From positions 19,964,001 through 20,028,000 of the forward strand of contig CM060734.1 in the NCBI GenBank assembly GCA_030704615.1: a stretch of DNA of 64,000 bases, given 5' to 3'. The notes under the pieces were generated by a model that was not told the DNA's origin, ran no database searches, and worked only from the letters and a program-made list of their open reading frames with translations. This DNA comes from Takakia lepidozioides (lineage: Eukaryota; Plantae; Bryophyta). Position numbers and translations under genes: made by a program. Positions 1-21,173 of the stretch are shown piece by piece (position 1 is the stretch's first letter; each line of letters starts with the position of its first letter).

Positions 1-314
1 TTCCAGGTCACTCGTAAATGCGCATTTGTTAAGATATATGCATCTACTGAATAGCCATGCCATTCCAGCTTTCTAGGAGTCGGGACTGCACTTTACAGCA
101 TGTAATAATTAGTCCATGGATCTCACACTGCGATTAACTGGGTGAGCACGAAGAGAAATGTGGAAAGAGAATCTTACTGTAGATCAAAACCGGTATGAGG
201 TTTCAATGTGTCAGTGACCTATCAATTGATCAATATAATAGTGAGAGAAAATGGTCCAACGCTCGTCGTGTATACAGGAAAATATAAGATATGATGTCAA
301 AGTTTCGCCGGCAC

Positions 315-2171
315 CTGCTTTGCACTGGATAGGAGTTGTGTAGAGTATGATTCGTCAGAGGCCTGGAAGGCTATGGAGGCGGCAGCAAGAGCAGCGGCAG
401 TCTCTGCAGCTACGTCAGAACCAGGGTTTGTGGCGTTCACCTTGTACGCTATGCGCGGGGTATCCAACCTCTCTGGACTCTCCCAGCATGCATGGTCGCT
501 CTTGGGCTCTCCAACCTGCGCCTCAAGACTGCGCATACTGAACAATGCTTCTAGAATGTATATATTTTGGTGTCAAACTGCAAAGACTCACGCTGGCAAT
601 TCTATCGAGTACCGTCAAGAGTTGGTTCTTTGGGGTATGCATGGAATTCGAGAGCTATAAAAGATCGGATGTAGAATGTAGACCTGTCCCTATAATAATG
701 TACATCTAGTACGCTGGGAACTCCTGAAGCCGATTCTCAGGTGCCCATTTGATCAAGATAAATCTCATCTGGTTACTAGATTAGAACCTGGAGATCTAGA
801 CAATCTTTGTATAAGTATTGTTTTATTGACTTTGTCTAGTGACCATTCAGATCGCAGGATCATCGAGAAGAATTTGAGCCTTTTCTGGGTAAATATGCAA
901 TTTCGTTGTACAACTTAGCTCCAAGTGCTACCAGTGGTAATGGAAATATTCAAGTCGACCGACTACTCGCACATTGTCCAGATTAGCAGAGCTTTATGAC
1001 TCGAGTCGTACTTCCACTAGCTTACTGTATTCTAACTCAAAATTTCGATATATATCATGTAAAGTACAGGATCGAGTTATATGTAACTTACAGTCAACCG
1101 GAGGGCTTTGTGTAAATAGGAGAGAATTCAGAAAAATGTACCTGCACCCACAACTCTGTTGGACCGGTGTTGGCCTTGAGAAGGTAAGCTGTGCCTAGCT
1201 AATAGCATCTTGTGCCGTGGCCCAATTGCCCAGCCGTGCTCAATTTGTCGCCAAATTCGACCACGCTCCATGACAGTAGAGACACTGTGAATGCCATGGG
1301 GAGCCCAAACTTTATGTTGTCTCCGGCATCGTAGTAACCCCCACTCAGGATCTCCATGCCCATACTTGCCACAATGCTCACACTGCAACTCTGGAGGCTG
1401 TGCTTGTGTCGGCCCTTTGCCACTTCCTGGGCAATCTTTCTTGACATGGGGTCCTCCACATGTCCAACATACCACCCCTGGTTGCTGTTGGCCTGCAAAA
1501 GAAGCTACTGACCTCTGCACCTGAGGTCCCCTGTAAGCTCCATGGAATTTGGGTTGGGCAACCTTGCCCCCTTGTCCACGCTGTTGGGCAGTCCCTTGTA
1601 CCTATTGGCTAGCACCTTCGCCTCGTGTAGGCATGTCCTTGCCAAATCCAATGGTAACAACTCGCTCCTCCACCATGTTGAGCTCAATCCGCTCAACCAA
1701 ACCTGTAGCCACGAATTAGCTACCAGCAACGTTTAGAGTTGAAGCTGCGACGTACATATCTCACGTATCTATGTCTAAGTGCTCGCTTATTTCACTACAG
1801 TTGATACGCTTTTCACATTGAACATGATCTCATGAAATTTTCAGATCAGTAGGATGAAGCAAGTTCAGGATTGTGTAAATTACAAAGGGATAACATTCCT
1901 TGCAACATAGTAACAGACAGACGCGGGTACCGGCACAGTACATGGCTAGAGCTGCCGTCGTTTATGGCTGAGTCTCCCCTCCAAGAGAGACGCGCTGTGA
2001 AGAAGGCAGCTTCCCTGACCGTTGCACATCGTAAAAGAGTATAGACTTACCCAGGGCGTCTGCATAGTCAGATACAGTGAAGGCCACCGTCTGAGATGCC
2101 TTGGCTGCCCACAACACCGCTGCCAGAAGCAGCAGATGGGTTATTTTTCCAAGTGATTGGAAGTGCCCCAT
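315..2171 (-). pseudogene. Glycoside hydrolase family 9 endo-1,4-beta-glucanase pseudogene (3 exons visible; remainder would lie beyond position 1)
   Basis: Signal-peptide-like N-terminus, then [19 protein letters not shown]. Exon 2 has [21 protein letters not shown]. Exon 3 (315-515) reads [32 protein letters not shown]. Lesions: 2-nt CT slip in exon 1 (restoring it gives [12 protein letters not shown]), frameshifts and a TAG in exon 2 (~1195-1218), and a gag insertion. Confidence 0.92.
1355..1735 (-). mobile_element. LTR-retrotransposon gag fragment (zinc knuckles) inserted in GH9 exon 2
   Basis: [13 protein letters not shown] and a truncated CEHCGKYGH knuckle lie between the retained acceptor (cag, 1747-1745) and the GH9 codons CTG AGT GGG GGT TAC. 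Confidence 0.8.
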
Positions 2172-2188
2172 GTGAAAGGGGGTAGAAC

Positions 2189-2250
2189 GGAAATGAAATG
2201 AAATGGTACTTTATAACCTCCACTGATCGAGAGGCGGGGATAGAGAGAGA
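2189..2250 (-). mobile_element. Short retroposon 3'-tail fragment ending in (CATTT)n
   Basis: GAAATGAAATGAAATGGTACTTTATA on plus; the same motif recurs at ~6037 and three times at 36392-36610. Confidence 0.55.
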
Positions 2251-3833
2251 GCCTCTCTCAGCTCAGAGACCATCGGTACTCTCAGGCCACCTCTGTCAGG
2301 CCGGAGATCACTGCAGAACCACAATGCCCCATTATTTTATATAGATTGCAGCCGACACCAGCGATCAAGGTTTTCTCAGCTACCCACTCCCAAGATCCAT
2401 GGTTGGGCGCCTTGCATAGAGCCAGTTATAAGATGGAAGTGCAGGGCAAGAATTGTAGAGAGAATATGCACCGATCAGCAAACGGCGCTGCGACGATTGC
2501 CTGACTTCAACTGTCCCGGATGAAGCTCTGAAGCGACTACATCTGATCACAATCCACAATTCGCTTCAGTGCTCAGGATGTCAATTAATATGAACCCCTG
2601 GTGGAGATTGTTCCTGTCGAGATGTTGACAGACGATCTGATAGAAGTGTGGAGGTGTCACACTTCTTTGTACCCATTTGTGCTCTTTAATGCCGATCAGG
2701 AAGATGAATACCATCTTTCTTCACCATGCAAAGCACTAGCTCGTGGTTGCTCTTGGTTTGTTGGATTGTGTGGTCCTCCGTAGTAACATGCAAGGTCCTG
2801 AATGAGGAAGAGGATAGCAGATAGCCTGTAGCATAACGATCCACAAGTTTTCTGATTGCTTATGCATAACCCAGTGTCCATGTTTCAGATCCTCAGTAGG
2901 GGAGACTTAGCAGTATGATTAGTATTTGGGCTGAACCACAATGACAGCTGAAACAATCCAGGCAGAATCCAACTTCAAGTCATCTCTCTGTAAGTTTCCC
3001 TGTGCTACTGCATCTCTCAAAATTTCAGGTTTTGGGGTTGGGATTTCAGCAAATTTCCCTAGAGTTCCTGTCACCTCCTTATGGAAGGGAAGAGACAGAA
3101 AGTGGACTTTAAAATCCATATCCTCATACTCCTGACAAAACATGCCAAGTATTAAAGAAACATAGCATCTGTGGTACACCTTGGGTGTGTTGCCTAACCA
3201 CATAGTTGCTTTACCCACATCAAAATCAAGATTCATTTCTATTATAACTTCGACAAGTAGGTGTCACTTGCTTCTATTTCCTATGACATTAGATATTGTT
3301 AGATATCCAGCAGCTGACCATGGTAGCATGGACAGTGAAGTACTCTTGAAAGAGCCACTGAACCAAAGACTGAAAGTGTTTGAAACTGAAGGCAAATGAG
3401 CAGCTGACAACAAGAATACAGCTTTATTCCTCCGAAGCCTACATTATCCCCTGTTGCACCTGTAGCGTACAAGAAAGCTCTTTAACTGTCAATGTAAGTG
3501 CGTAGATTTCCACGCCCTCTCCAAGGCGCCGACCTTGGTTCCCAAACCTTTAAATCTGCCTACTTTGAACTAATCAGAGCGCTGCCATACCCCTGCCTAG
3601 TGGTGTCTTGGCCAAGTAAGCACTAATAGAATACAAGTGTCTTGAAGATTATTTATAGCAAAGCACCTTACCTTTGTAGGCTGTTGGCATATGGAAGCCC
3701 TCCCCACTCGGGGAATGATGGACAAACACTAGTGAAGTAAGATCAACACGGAAGATTTGGGCAAGTGAGAGAATTGTAGCAAGAGAACGAGGAAAGGTGG
3801 TTTAGCCACCCCCCTTGATAAATTGGCGTAATG

Positions 3834-13516
<9,683 letters not shown>

Positions 13517-16500
13517 AGGCCCCTCTTGCTGGTGCACTCTGCCCAACGACATTCTCCTTCACTACTTGCCAATCCCACCATGCGTTACGGCCCTTCCGAG
13601 CTGAGCAAGATTATCACTGTCTTCTACTGCTCCACAAGGATGAAGATCTTCCCAATAAATTGTGCTGGACCATATAAGTCCAGAGTCATCCCAGTCTGGT
13701 TACTAACCCATTTTTGGGCCATTCTATCACTCAACGCCAAAAGGACTCCACCAGAAAGGAATCTGAAATATGCCATGGCATGGAGTGCCCTTCAAGATCA
13801 AGATTCAAATATGTGCGTCTTTCCATGAAAACTGCAGAACAACTTGTTCCAATACTGCTCCAGAACAACATCACACAGCGTCCATAGCCCTTGATTTTTC
13901 CTTTCCCATGTGCTCTTCATTCATTCCCTGAACAGCCAAAAATGCTTCTTTAGGGAACAGCATAGCCAGTATGTGAAGCCAATAGGGGAAGAACATAGAC
14001 CCAAATGCACCTTCCCCCTGACAGGTCCAACTTTGTTGCATCCACAAACCTACTTATTGCTTCAACCCACCCCCCCCCTCCAGGACAATCAAGACCTCAT
14101 TAATGCCCTGGAGGCATCTGAGAGAGGTTCCAAATGCTGAAAATGGACTAATGCCAAAGCCACAGCACTTGCAACTGTGTGTTGGTGCTTGAAGTGCCAC
14201 TTTTAAACGACATGTAATAAACATACAGCTTTAATCAGGCCATGTCATTACCAAATATCAACTTTCACCCCAGTAGCACCGGATGATCATGAGTACCTTA
14301 AACCTTGCCTCTTTGAAATATTTGCAGAAAACCACCACTGGCAGTATCCTCAGTCAAAATCCCGGCGATCATGCGCAAGACACATCCCATTTGCATGAAA
14401 GCCCCTACTTCTTTGTTAAAACTGTACTTTCATAGCTTATGATTGGGTGCCACAATCAGGCCAAGTCCCAAATCCCTTGCAGCTCAAGAGTCCCAGGCAC
14501 TCCCAGACTCATTGAATTTGTGGGATAACAGGCCACACGGCCTTAGTAATAGATTGTTGGCAAATTTCCACTAAAGCACTCACGTTTGCTGTGTGATTTG
14601 AACGAGAATATCCGTACATACGCTGAAGGGACTCACAATGATCAACTTTGGCTCTAGAAACCTAAGACTTTGACCCCCATCACCTGACCCCAGGCAGCAC
14701 AGACCTGGCCAACTTGGCACCATGTCCAAACCCATGGGAGTGCAGCAGGCAGGTGAGCCACAGTTTTTCATTCCAAAATGAACAGCTTTGTGGATACGGA
14801 AAATGCTTTTGGAACGAATTAGTACACGACTGTTTCAATTGCACCTCGAGAAGATCCCTTGATCCTTTGCACTGGTTCCTTAACACTGCTAGCTCCTCTC
14901 CCAATACGTAAAATTTCAAGTATTGTGACAGCAATCATGCTTCAAAATCTACCACCCAAAATACACAACTTAAGAGATGAGGCAGCGACTACACCTCACA
15001 GGACCATAACCTACTCATGTGATCACTTACAAACACGATATGCAACTTAATTTCACGTCTGCATATCTGGTAATTCAAGTTTAGCGGGTTTCCTCCAAAC
15101 ACTTGATTGACTTGAAACGATGCATAGTAACCCGAGAGGGTATATAAATGGCTTACCGGAAGGAAAAAAACGTAGACGGGAGACAACGAGAAAGACAGGC
15201 CAATGGCAGGAGCGGAAGATGCGTTGAAATAAAAATAGGTGGAAAAAGAAGGGTAGAGAAAGAGAGAGAGACGAGCGGAAGGGTAGGTCACAAGAGTATC
15301 ACACTTTCAGACGCATATTTCGTACCAATTCCCGCATAGCCGACACAAAAGCGAACCATACTAATCAACAGCAAGAATCCAAAAGGGAAGAAAATGCTGG
15401 TGGAGCTCGCCCTGCAGCAACATCTTCCAGACGACAACCCTCTCCCTCCACGCCAAAGACGACAGCAGCCAAACCGGAAGCCTCAAGACCGTCTCCCAAT
15501 GTCACCATCAATAATGGGAACCTCCGTAGCCATACCAAATACACAAAGCGAAGAAAGTGCGGGCTCTGCGCGCATGTGCACGGTGGCAGGGCTGGCAAAA
15601 GGTCTGTGCAGTGCAGCGATGGTGGGAGGCAGCCAAGGCGAGAAGGAGAACGAAGGCGACGACGGGTTCTCCCGGGGGTTTTCCTTGGCTAGCAGGTTAC
15701 TTGCCTTCTCCTGGAACCAGCGGTACAGTAAATGGTGAAACCGAATATACCACCCTGGGCCAATATGGTACAAAGTAAACAGTAAAGACGTTAAATTGGG
15801 TAAGAGCTACCGGCTGTTGGCGGTGGGCAGTTTGACCCTAATTTTGGTGCAGGAAGAGCAAGGGGCATCATGAATGCGCAAACGAAGTCTGGCTGTTGCT
15901 CCTCCCCACGATCGACCTGTCCGCTACGTGCCAAACCCTTCCTTACTTTCCTTTCAGCACTTCGACACCTACACTCCCACAACTCGTATCCTGTCCAAAC
16001 AAAAGGCTCCCTTGCGAAATGGCCTCACTATACCATCAAGGAAAGTTCAACCATGATTATCCGACGCTTCTGACTACACTCGCACCAAGCAGTTTCTGAG
16101 AGGCAACCAGGCCAACTGAAGATCGCGTCCTTTTGGTCGGTTTGCTATGGAGACAAAGCCCGTGAGAGAGTCCACGCGCCTGCACACGGAGGAGGCCAGG
16201 AATATGAGAAGAAGTTTCTAGACGTCCACTGCTTGGCTTGTCTGTGCTGCCGTGTCGTGGATCCCTACTAAACGGCATTCTGGTTGCTGGCAGGTGCCGG
16301 TGATGAGAGTGATGAGCCTCTTTGCAGACTTCCAGTGATTAAACATATTCTTTCAACACCTCTGCTCATCCGCCTTCAGTTATGCCGCTAATTGCGATCA
16401 ATGCTGGAAAGTCTGCTCATCAGTATAGGTTTCCTCTGCAGCATTCAAGAGGTAGCTGAAACATCTTCGACCCCACCTCAGCAGAAGGAAAGGAAGGCCA

Positions 16501-17336
16501 ACATGGTGAAGAAGAACAATGTTTTCATGTTGATGTCGGTCCAGGTGAAAACCTAGACTCCATAAACTCATAGGTTTTACTCATGCTCATAGATCCATAT
16601 GGTGGTGTCCAGATACGCCAAATAGTTTGAAATGTGATTATTATGTATGTGGAGGGATGGGTCAGATGAGGCGCCAACAGTCACAAAATGACAGACTTTT
16701 CAAAAGGAAGGACTAGTCAGTAGCGACTCCCACACATTTTGAATAATCACTTAATCATACAGTCCAAATGCTTCCGGCAAGGCTCCTTTTCTGCCTTCCT
16801 CAAATAACACCTCTTTGGTGATACTACTGGAAAAATGGATGAAAGAGAGAGTTCATGGAAGAGGATGGAAATTTATAAGGTGACATAAGTGCATGATTTT
16901 ATGATTCTTAAATTTGACTATGGATGACAACACTAAGGAGTTGGGCGGGCAGTAAAATATTGCAACAGTATTTAATACCGTTTCATGTTAAGCACACATA
17001 CTAATCCATGTAATATTTCCCCGGCATGGGATATATTGTGATAGTTTCCCATGCTGAGCTTGCTACACAAATTAGAGTAAATTTATCCGGTTTGTGTATT
17101 GTTGTTTACTGGTTCGACCTACACTCAGGCAGAGACTACGCCACGGCTTGTCACCGGACCAGCTTTTGGTGGGCGAGGACTAGGCTTACCCAAACAAGCA
17201 AGCGTGTGAAGTGGTAGGCTTGGAGAGGCTGGGGCAGACCACCAGTCAAATCTCATCCCCCCATTGCGAAGGTGGGGAGCGCTCCACATCTCCTATTCCC
17301 TCCTCATGCTCCCCACCTTTAGGACCATGTTCCCAA

Positions 17337-17732
17337 ACATTCTCCAATTTTGCTCCCCTGTTCCCGCTCCCGATCCCTGCTCCCCGTAGTGGGACAGGGG
17401 AACGAGGAGGGGAGCGGGGACTGGGAACCGGGGGGTAAGCCACATTCCACAGGGCGAGGAGGGGAGGGGGGACCGGGATAGGGGAGCAAGCCATTTCACA
17501 GGACGAGGAGGGGAGGGGGGACGGGGGATAGGGGAGCAAGCCGCATTCCATAGTGGGAGGAGGGAAGCCGAACAGGGAAACAAGCCGCGTTCCATGGAGG
17601 AGGAGGGGAGGGGGGACAAGGAACAGGGGAGCCAGGACAAGGGACATGGATAGGGGAGCAGGACTGGGAACAAGGAATGGACAGAGGAACGGACATTGGG
17701 AACATGGGAGCGGAACGAGTACTTTGGAGATG
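17337..17732. mobile_element. Degenerate MITE-like element with G-run-rich internal repeats
   Basis: Ends CATTCTCCAA..GCTCCCCTGTTCCC and GGGAACATGGGAGC..TTGGAGATG are imperfect inverted repeats resembling the TIR at 50754. The interior repeats GGGGAGCAAGCC..TTCCA units. Confidence 0.45.
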
Positions 17733-18225
17733 AAAAAATTAATTAATTAGTCACATGTGGAACCAATCACTCAATGTACTTTGAGTGCCACGAATTGAAA
17801 CACGTCCACCACACTACCATCCGCTTCTTGCCAAATCTTTGATTTTTTAATACTTTACTCTACAATAAAGGCTCGCCGGTGAGAGGGGGCCAGGGGTGGG
17901 GATTTGACAGTACGCTGTGGGAGAGTCACCGCTACGGTCATCCCGGCGAGCGTACCCGCAAGGCTCCCATGCTTGCATTCAACACGTTGGGTAGTCTTCT
18001 CCCTTTGGTGTCAAGTTTTTATGAAATATATTGCAGCTGCTGGATGACATATATTTGCTTGTTAGGGTTTGTTGCTTTTCGTGTCAAGTTCTTTTAGAAA
18101 ATTATAGGCAGTAACTATTTGTCATATTAGTTACTGACTTCAACACGTGGATGTTTCATAAAATGAGTGACATGTGGGTAGCAACAAGGGAAGTAATCTT
18201 TGCATTCTTTGCATGAAGATAGTCT

Positions 18226-18470
18226 GAGTATGTATAGCTGAGTTGGATAGTACACTCAGTGCCACCCAGGTGATTTGGGGTCAAATCCTGCTACCTTGAT
18301 GGCTGGGGTATGTTCTTCTACCCCTTCCCTTGGGTGGTGTCCCATGCAAAGCCTTCACGGCGAGGTTACTGTGAAAGAGGTTATTTTTTCCTCTCAACTA
18401 TAATTAAGGGGCCTGATTTGTAAGCTGTCGCTCCCTGGTGTTTCCCTTGTAAAAAAAAAGGAAAAAAGAA
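18226..18470 (+). mobile_element. tRNA-derived SINE with L1-like 3' tail and poly(A)
   Basis: A-box-like TAGCTGAGTTGG (~18235), B-box-like GGTCAAATCC (~18279), A-rich tail from 18451. The 3' part matches local L1 tails. Confidence 0.7.
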
Positions 18471-18558
18471 CAAAAATATATGGAACACTGACTGGGACAG
18501 ATTCAAGGCTATTGACTAGAAACTGTATGTGTTAAATTTGACACAATTCTCAGACTGA

Positions 18559-19322
18559 GGGCTGGTTTACACGCGGGCCGAGACCAAGCTAGAAACAAGA
18601 GATCTTATTGGTCAAGAGCCTCAAATCGGGCCCAAGCGGTTTACACGAGGGTCCGGGCCCAAGACCAAGAAAATGACATGGCTACATACATGGCATGATT
18701 TATGGCGCCGAACTCTTGGGCCCAGCTCAACAAAAGCAATGCTCTTGGGATGGAGACCCAACTCTTTCCATTGGGCCCAAGAAACCTACCATTCAGATAT
18801 ATTTTGTTAAGCCTATCGCAGCCGTAGGATTAAAATAGGTCATAGATGAGGTTGTACGCAGTCAGAGACTCTCGACAGCCACCTCGCGGCAATCACTCAA
18901 CATAGGTTTTGCTTGTAGAATCATTAGGCCTCTCTATCTCTTGGACCTCCTCCTTCCGTGATGAACACAATCATCATCAAAAATCCAACAAATTGCTCGT
19001 TTATAAGTTGTTGGAATGCCAAAATGGTTGTAATCACGCGCATGAAGGCCATGAAGAGGACCAAGGCCACAAGAATATTATGCCTTCTTGCTCCATAGTT
19101 TAGGGATACACAATTTGATGGGAGACAACATGAAGCGTAGAAGACAGAAAATGGAAGAAGAGGGAGTTGGGGCCTTAGGCTTGGGCCCAATAGGTTTACA
19201 TGAGAAGGGCCCAATTCCTTGAAAATTATATTTTAATCAGTTCATTCAGCGAGATTGTGGGCCCAAAAGCTCTAGTCTTGGGCCCATGATTTCCTGGCCC
19301 GGGCCTTCTTGTAAACCGGCCA
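18559..19322. mobile_element. Non-autonomous TIR element, PIF/Harbinger-like
   Basis: Termini GGGCTGGTTTACA / TGTAAACCGGCC with many subterminal GGGCCCAAG / CTTGGGCCC motifs. No clean TSD. Confidence 0.5.
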
Positions 19323-20520
19323 CATCACTATTTGGAATAGGAACCCTAGTCCGAGCTGATGAATGGTAAGTAGAATGCATTTGTTACTAAGACTTTGTAT
19401 TCACACAATCTCAAAAACTAGGTTTGTTCTGAACCTTTAGAACGTAAAGTGTCAGGATTTGTTGGATGGCTTTGGGAAAGGTGCCTGGACCCATCTGAAA
19501 AAAGCTTTATTGCTGGATTCCTATGAGCCTGTGTCACTGCCAAATTAGGGCCAATTTCCAATTTCAAGTTGTCTGTAGGTAGTAGGCCCGGTGGAAGTTG
19601 GAACTACATTTTCACAACACAGGTTTCCATTGGCAACACAACACAACACAACTCAACTGGGTGGAACTAAATTTCGCCCGGAATGGTGTGGGGTCTTACA
19701 TCGCTGGCATCAAGTTATGAACTCAACTTCATAACTTGATGTTACTTGCATATATATATATATACACGACACCAACCGAAGCTAGCGTAAATAAGAGCCT
19801 CTTCCCCTTGCGGGTACTGCCCCTTTCAAGGGTGGGCTCTATCCGCACCGTAACCTGTCACACAGTGGCTAGTTGGCCACTTTCAATCTTACGTTTATTG
19901 AGGATTAGGGATGTGAGTGATGTAATAGCTGTGAAGTGTAAAGCTCTTAGTAGAGGTGTAGTATATTTGGGTGGTAGGTTGAGATTATCTTTCAAACCTT
20001 GGATATTATGGGTATGAATGTTACTTGCATTAGTAGGTGGATCAGAAGACAGGAAACGGTCTTCTTCCTTGAGACCCGTGCTACACTCAACAGCCCAGCC
20101 ACTGCCACATGGCATCACTCATCTTTTTCTAGGATTCCTTCTCATCTCACCTCTTTCGGCGTGTTTGTAGCAGCAGTGCGCAGTTCATCCCACTTTGTTT
20201 CCAAATCCCGATTGCATTGTTTGGTTATTTGAGCAACGCATCAACCCGCAATCATTGTGCGCATTAGTGAGGGTCTGTTTAGTTATATACTTCAAATTTT
20301 AGCCAACCTTCCGACACTGCTTGGAGTAGGGGGAATCGGGATGGTGCCCAATAACCTACGAAATTTGGGTCAACTCTCGATCCATGCTACATATGTACAT
20401 AGGCGATTGTCTGCTTCCTACGCAACAGAACTGTGCAACTGTTTGTATACATTGACACCAAGACTAGACAAACTGTATTTCTTGTCTTACAGCAAAACCT
20501 GCCAACTGACTGTGATTCAA

Positions 20521-20661
20521 CAAAGCAGGTCATATTGGTTATCTAACTTAACTTAGACTAGCTCGGGTAACTACGAGAGAAATCAAAGCAGGTCATATTG
20601 GTTATGTAACTTAAGTTAACACCCTGTGGCCTCCAGCTAGCTCGGGTAACTACGAGAGAAA
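20521..20661. repeat. Local direct duplication (~65-80 bp x2)
   Basis: CAAAGCAGGTCATATTGGTTAT..CTAGCTCGGGTAACTACGAGAGAAA occurs twice. Confidence 0.8.
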
Positions 20662-21173
20662 GATTAGAGTGACAACTCAAATCCTTCTCTTAGGTGATCT
20701 CACCTTCAGTCATCAGTACTGTGAGGGTGACGGCGGCGCACAGGATGCGACCTCCGACCAGATTCTTATTCTGCTTTTGGGATTCGGAGGAAGAAAAAGG
20801 TGCAGAGGCTTTGGTGGGGGGTGGGGGCCGCCACAGTGAAGAGAGAGAGAGGTTGAGCAGCAACGGCTGCCATGACCAGCGCACATGCGTGTGGGAGCGG
20901 GCTGGCTAAACCCTGGCCTCGGTTTCGCCATTATGGCTTCACCTGCGACCCCGGAACGAGTGGAACGGGCGTGGTGACCCGACACGACCGACAGAGAAGA
21001 CGTTCCGGGACGCAGAACAGCAGGATGGATTCCAGAGTGGACGGACCCATGGTGCGTATTGCGCAGGGGCTGTGTTCCTAGTAGGGTTTTGGAAGTCAGA
21101 GCGCAGACAACGCGAGAGAGAGGGGGAAGAAACGGGCCATGCACTGGGATTCTCGAGGAGGGAATCGCTCACC

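Noticed and set aside
243-260. GAGAAAATGGTCCAA resembles the 3' end of plant U6 snRNA
   Set aside because: Only ~15 nt; no upstream U6 body or promoter elements.
2919-3236. 105-aa minus-strand ORF between GH9 and PI4K
   Set aside because: No recognisable motif or splice structure.
19857-20621. Possible solo LTR (TGTCA..AACA)
   Set aside because: Flanks do not form a TSD and there is no second copy in the window.
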